A DNA stretch of 28,405 nucleotides, from positions 1 to 28,405 of the IMG/VR virus record IMGVR_UViG_3300044726_000052; one strand, given 5' to 3'. Below are positions 24,537-28,405 of this stretch, one piece after another (position 1 is the stretch's first letter; each line of letters opens with the position of its first letter). Origin of the DNA: a virus. Lineage: Duplodnaviria > Caudoviricetes. The notes beneath the pieces were generated by a model. It was given only the letters and a program-made list of their open reading frames with translations, was not told the origin of the DNA and made no database searches. The position numbers were made by a program, and so were the translations under genes.

Positions 24537-26441
24537 ATGTTCAACCCTGCTGCCATTCAGGCGCTGATTCGGAGCACGACCACGCGCTATCGACGCATCC
24601 TGAAGTGGGATGAAGACAAACACCCACGGGTGCCGAGCGGCAGCGGGCGGGAGAGCGGACGCTTTACGTCGGCGGGCACTGTGCAGGAGTCGCTGGCGGT
24701 GCCGACGCCAACTCCCCCGCCCGTGTTTCCCAAAGCCCAAGCGCCTGTGGAAGTGCTCCGTGCTCGTGGCGGCCCGCAGACCCGGCAGGCCATTGCGGCC
24801 GAGGTGGCCGACGTCAATGTCGAGCGGGTGGCGTACGCGAAGGCGCTGCAACAGGGGGGCCGGGCGTACTCCAAGGCTCCGGGGATGAGTCGGGACCCCG
24901 GCATGGGGCTGGCCGACTACGCCGACCTGATGAACGCGCCGACCGGCACGGGCTTCGGGAACACCCCGCGCATCACCGGAGACCGCGAGGCGGTGCAGCG
25001 GCTGACGACGCCCGTGAAACCGCCGTCACGGACGCTGGAGGTCCTGAAGACGGCGCACATTATCGATGCGGAGGAACTCGATCCGGGCGAACACGCCAAC
25101 GACGTGTTCAAGGTCACGCTGGCCACGCTCGATAATGACGAGGAGGAAACGACAGCCATCCTCAAACCCGAAGTCGGGGAGGCGTGGACCGGCTCGTTCT
25201 CCAACGACGCCATCGTCGCCAACATCACGAACCGACAATTCTCACTGGCGGAACGCGAAGCCACGGCCTATGAATTCGCGGAGGCCATGGGGATGAATGA
25301 CGACGCGGATTTTGTGCCGAAGACCGTGGCCCGCACGGAGATTGATAACCTGCCCGAGGCCAGCGGGAGCGACGGCGGCGGGGGCATGGACTCCTACGCG
25401 ATTCAGGAGGAATACGATGCCTATCGAGAGAAGGCCCTAGAGAAGGCCATGGACGCCGTGGGGCAGGAGTTTGGCGACCTCTACTATGCCGCCCAGACCG
25501 AGCACTTGGAGGACATCAATCGCCGGGCCGACGAGGCCGCCGAGATTTGGAACGACTTAGTCGAGAAGGAGTTTGCCGACGCGGCCGAGACCACCGATGA
25601 GGATTTTCGGGCCCAGCGAGACCATCCCGTGCTGCCGATGGGGAGTCAAGAACCCTTTGAGCGCCGGGTGCCGGTCACGCTCGACCCGCTGGAACTCATG
25701 GACGAGGCCAAGATTGATGTCGAGCACACGATGTCGCCCGCCGAGCGCGAGAATCTCCGGGCCGTGATGCGGCAGCATCTGCAGGACGGCGCGTACGAAC
25801 TGGGTGACGTGGACGAAGACGCGGCCCGCGAGCATCTGGATCGGGATCAGTGGATGGAAGACCATCAGGATACTGAAAACCGGTTGTATGACAGCAAGAT
25901 CCAATCGCTGGAGGCGTGGAAGCAGAGTCAAGGCTACGGCACCCGCGAGCCCGGCAGCGCCAAGAACACTCGTGCCCCGCACCCGAATGGGGGCATGCTG
26001 CAGGACTTCGTGGAGGGGCTAACGCCCTCCGGGGCCATGTCCTCACAGGAGCGGCGGAAGATCGCCATCTTCGATTATGCGGTGGGCAGCTTGGACCGCC
26101 ACGGCAACAACGTGTTCTACGACGGCGACGGGAACTTGCTGGCCATGGACAATGGTTACGCCTTCCCGGATTCCAATGACACCACCTTCCGGTCGGACCC
26201 GACGAGGCGGTGGTTGTCGTGGGGCAGTGACGCGGAGATGCCCGAGGATGAGCGGAAGCCCTTGCTGCTGGCCATGCAGAACACCGACTGGCAGGCGTTC
26301 GCGGACCGGCATCCGAACATGAGTCCCGGAGAGCGCGAGGCGTTCTTGGAGCGCATCGGCCATCTGCGGACGGCGCTGGAGACCTCGACGGGGTTGTATC
26401 GCCTGTGGACGAAGATGTCCCAGAAGCTGATGAGAACTTGA
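24537..26441 (+). CDS. Tagged PI3/4-kinase/HipA-like kinase with a large acidic insertion
   Basis: ILKP, REATAY, VPKT, GMLQDFV, FDYAVGSLDRHGNN (Asp at 26094) and AMDNGYAFP. Tag at 24606. Confidence 0.85.
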   Translation: MFNPAAIQALIRSTTTRYRRILKWDEDKHPRVPSGSGRESGRFTSAGTVQESLAVPTPTPPPVFPKAQAPVEVLRARGGPQTRQAIAAEVADVNVERVAYAKALQQGGRAYSKAPGMSRDPGMGLADYADLMNAPTGTGFGNTPRITGDREAVQRLTTPVKPPSRTLEVLKTAHIIDAEELDPGEHANDVFKVTLATLDNDEEETTAILKPEVGEAWTGSFSNDAIVANITNRQFSLAEREATAYEFAEAMGMNDDADFVPKTVARTEIDNLPEASGSDGGGGMDSYAIQEEYDAYREKALEKAMDAVGQEFGDLYYAAQTEHLEDINRRADEAAEIWNDLVEKEFADAAETTDEDFRAQRDHPVLPMGSQEPFERRVPVTLDPLELMDEAKIDVEHTMSPAERENLRAVMRQHLQDGAYELGDVDEDAAREHLDRDQWMEDHQDTENRLYDSKIQSLEAWKQSQGYGTREPGSAKNTRAPHPNGGMLQDFVEGLTPSGAMSSQERRKIAIFDYAVGSLDRHGNNVFYDGDGNLLAMDNGYAFPDSNDTTFRSDPTRRWLSWGSDAEMPEDERKPLLLAMQNTDWQAFADRHPNMSPGEREAFLERIGHLRTALETSTGLYRLWTKMSQKLMRT

Positions 26442-26467
26442 CAAATATCTAGCCTTTCTGGTAGACT
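26438..26467 (+). promoter_or_regulatory. Sigma70-like promoter with extended -10
   Basis: TTGACA(26438-26443)-N18-TAGACT(26462-26467). The -35 contains the kinase stop codon. Confidence 0.65.
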
Positions 26468-26487
26468 AGCGAGATGAGGGGTGTCAG

Positions 26488-26739
26488 ATGCACGCGAAAT
26501 TGATGAATTACGCCGGGAACACCCCGCAGGTCATGGCCGTCCTCCGGGTCGTGGATGGCACCCTCCAGATCGAGGGAGACCTGCAACCGGAACGCCGGGA
26601 ACATCTGGAGAGCGAGTACGCGCTGTTCAAAGCGCGAATCGATCCGACGGGAAATGCCCAGAAGTTCCTGCAGGAGCGGCTCCCGTTCGTGTTCGCGGGG
26701 ATGAAGCTGATCAAGCCGAAGTTTGTCGCTGAGGGGTAA
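26488..26739 (+). CDS. Small hypothetical protein (83 aa)
   Basis: GAGGGG precedes ATG 26488, directly downstream of the promoter. Confidence 0.65.
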   Translation: MHAKLMNYAGNTPQVMAVLRVVDGTLQIEGDLQPERREHLESEYALFKARIDPTGNAQKFLQERLPFVFAGMKLIKPKFVAEG

Positions 26740-26757
26740 CCCGTGCAACCAATTGCC

Positions 26758-28405
26758 ATGGCCGACGTGCTGCGACGGCGGCCGGTCGAGAAGCGCGACT
26801 ACGACTACGGCAGCACCCAGATCGAGATTGACCCCGGCTCCACGGCGGCGGCCCGGCTGAGTGCCGCCCGGCTGCAGATTGACGAGGCCCATGTCGGCGG
26901 TCACGGTAAGGACGTCGATGGCAACCACGTCACGGTCCGCTATGGCCTGCTGAACGAGTCACTGGACGACCTCCGGGCCTACCTCCGAGGGCTGGCCCCG
27001 TTCGACGCACAGGTCACCGGCATCGAACTGTTCAACGTCTCTGAACACAGCGAAGGCATGGTGCCGGTGGTGGCTCGCATCGCCAGCCCGAGGCTCCGCG
27101 AAATCGAATCACAGATTGGGCTTCACGCCGACTTCAAGGCCAAGTCCTTCCCGACCTACAAGCCCCACGCCACGCTGGCCTACGTGAAGCCCCGGTATGC
27201 CGACCGCTACGCGGATCTGCCGGTGGGCGGGAGTTTCTGGGTGCAGGCCGTCACCATTAGTCATCCCGACGGCGGCAAGGAGATTGTGCCGTTCGAAGGG
27301 CTGGTCCAGAAGGCCGACGAAGAAGGCCGGTTCGTGACCCCGTTCGTGGACTTCAGCACGTTGGGAGACGCCCAACTGCAGATGATTGCCAGCCTCAACG
27401 CCAGCCGCTTGGCGACGTGGGGGTTCACGGCCGAGGCCGAGATGCGCGGCGTGACGCGCTACCGGCTGACGGCGGTCCTCGATGGACGCACGAGCAAGTT
27501 CTGCCAGTTGATTGATGGCAAAGTCTTTGAGGTGGAGGAAGGCCGGGAGAAAGTGCTGGAAGCCCTCCAAGTGCAGGACCCGAACGACCTGAAGACGGTG
27601 CAGCCATGGCCGAAGCAAGACCGGGACTCCATGGATGAGTTTGCGGAGATGTCTGACGAGGAATTCGTGGAACGCGGTCTGCACATCCCGCCCTACCACC
27701 CGCATTGCCGGACGGTCTGCGTGTTGGTCGGCGGGGCTCCGAAGAAGACGTTCTCGCCTCGACCGGAGGCCGGGCTGTCTGATCAGCAAGTGACGCCCGA
27801 GACGTTCGCGGAGATGGGCATCGAGGCGACCCAAGAAGACATCGACCATTGGAACGCCCACGTCGGGCTGTCCCCGGCGGAACTCATCGCCAAGCTGGGC
27901 GGAGCGACGGTCCATGACGTGCTGGCCGGGAAGGTCAAGTCATCGGTCCAATTCCCCGACAACGGCGATATCTCCGTCCGCGCCAAGGGCATCAACGTTG
28001 ATGTCAAGTATGCCGTCGGCACGACCCTCGACCCCTACACCGGCACCTACTACCTGACCGACGCCGAGGTGATTGGCGACGTCGGCGCGGCGACCCGGTA
28101 TCTCAAACAGTTGATGGGCTCGATGGTGGAAACGGGCGTCAGTGCCCAGTGGTCGAAGCTGGTCGTGGCGCTCAAAGGGCTGCCCACGCCGTACGTGCAA
28201 TTGGGATTCCTCCCGGACACCTTCCACTGGGAGACCCTTCGCGCCGAGGCGTTGTCCGCGTTGAAGACCTCACCGGATCTGAAGAAGATGATGGCGAGCT
28301 TCAAGACCGAGGATGCGCTGCTGGTCGAACATCTGCTGCTGGCCGACGACCCGGTGAACCTGCAGGTCCTGACCGACCTGAAGCTGACCTACCAGCGCAA
28401 GTCCG
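26758..28405 (+). CDS. Acb1/gp57B-like 2H phosphoesterase fused to a MuF/SPP1 gp7-like head morphogenesis domain; 3'-truncated and absent from the ORF track
   Basis: Manual translation gives no stop to the window end (alternative GTG start at 26743). 2H motifs HVTVRYG (26926) and YKPHATLAYVK (His at 27166). MuF core RYRLTAVLDGRTSKFCQLIDGK (DGRT at 27481) and PPYHPHCR (27688). Confidence 0.85.
   Translation, partial: MADVLRRRPVEKRDYDYGSTQIEIDPGSTAAARLSAARLQIDEAHVGGHGKDVDGNHVTVRYGLLNESLDDLRAYLRGLAPFDAQVTGIELFNVSEHSEGMVPVVARIASPRLREIESQIGLHADFKAKSFPTYKPHATLAYVKPRYADRYADLPVGGSFWVQAVTISHPDGGKEIVPFEGLVQKADEEGRFVTPFVDFSTLGDAQLQMIASLNASRLATWGFTAEAEMRGVTRYRLTAVLDGRTSKFCQLIDGKVFEVEEGREKVLEALQVQDPNDLKTVQPWPKQDRDSMDEFAEMSDEEFVERGLHIPPYHPHCRTVCVLVGGAPKKTFSPRPEAGLSDQQVTPETFAEMGIEATQEDIDHWNAHVGLSPAELIAKLGGATVHDVLAGKVKSSVQFPDNGDISVRAKGINVDVKYAVGTTLDPYTGTYYLTDAEVIGDVGAATRYLKQLMGSMVETGVSAQWSKLVVALKGLPTPYVQLGFLPDTFHWETLRAEALSALKTSPDLKKMMASFKTEDALLVEHLLLADDPVNLQVLTDLKLTYQRKS

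Larger units (their letters stand above)
14348..24665 (+). repeat. Eleven dispersed copies of the peptide motif [W/F/Y]D-x3-(H)PR-x(n)-G-x-[F/W]
   Basis: Copies start at 14348, 14792, 15798, 16386, 17630, 18916 (variant), 19856, 20747, 22886, 23711 and 24606. Confidence 0.9.
1699..26756. repeat. Dispersed palindrome GCAA-N4-TTGC
   Basis: Perfect copies at 1699, 4239, 11200, 11981, 14296, 22849 and 26745. One-mismatch copies at 7236, 20725 and 27378. Confidence 0.55.

Noticed and set aside
14348-24665. Tag repeats read as a CRISPR array, attC-like sites or DGR repeats
   Set aside because: The copies are in-frame coding sequence, irregularly spaced by kilobases and degenerate at synonymous positions. 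No cas, integrase or reverse transcriptase gene is present in the window.
27960-28230. GNAT-like region after the MuF core (…PYVQLGF)
   Set aside because: No acetyl-CoA-binding (Q/R)xxGxG motif is present and the ORF is truncated, so support is insufficient.
1-28405. tRNA, rRNA or Rho-independent terminators
   Set aside because: Intergenic gaps are short, and I saw no cloverleaf or convincing hairpin followed by a U-tract.

Overview
A GC-rich, densely coding segment of a large tailed dsDNA phage (or prophage), with every credible gene on the + strand. The left part (1-11.9 kb) holds a 5'-truncated PPDK-like dikinase lacking the pyruvate/PEP barrel, a CsrA-like gene, two CX5R phosphatases, an endonuclease VII-type nuclease, a bL12-domain protein, a family A DNA polymerase and several hypotheticals. 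Sigma70-like TTGACA promoters are embedded at gene ends. The right part (12.0-28.4 kb) starts with a portal gene, followed by about 13 kb of tightly coupled multidomain ORFs and then an ORF (open at the window end) fusing an Acb1-like 2H phosphoesterase to the conserved MuF/gp7 minor-head core. Nearly every domain in the 13 kb block is preceded by the same peptide tag, [W/F/Y]D-x3-(H)PR-x(n)-G-x-[F/W], found 11 times. The cargo comprises ParB, topoisomerase IB, five ADP-ribosyltransferase-like domains, a zincin, an HDxxGH domain, a SAM-lyase-like domain and a PI3/4K/HipA-like kinase. The best candidate for an undescribed system is this tagged effector array, which appears to have expanded inside a split head-morphogenesis gene, with short leaders that may neutralise the preceding effector. 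All calls come from motif recognition by eye; no searches were run.
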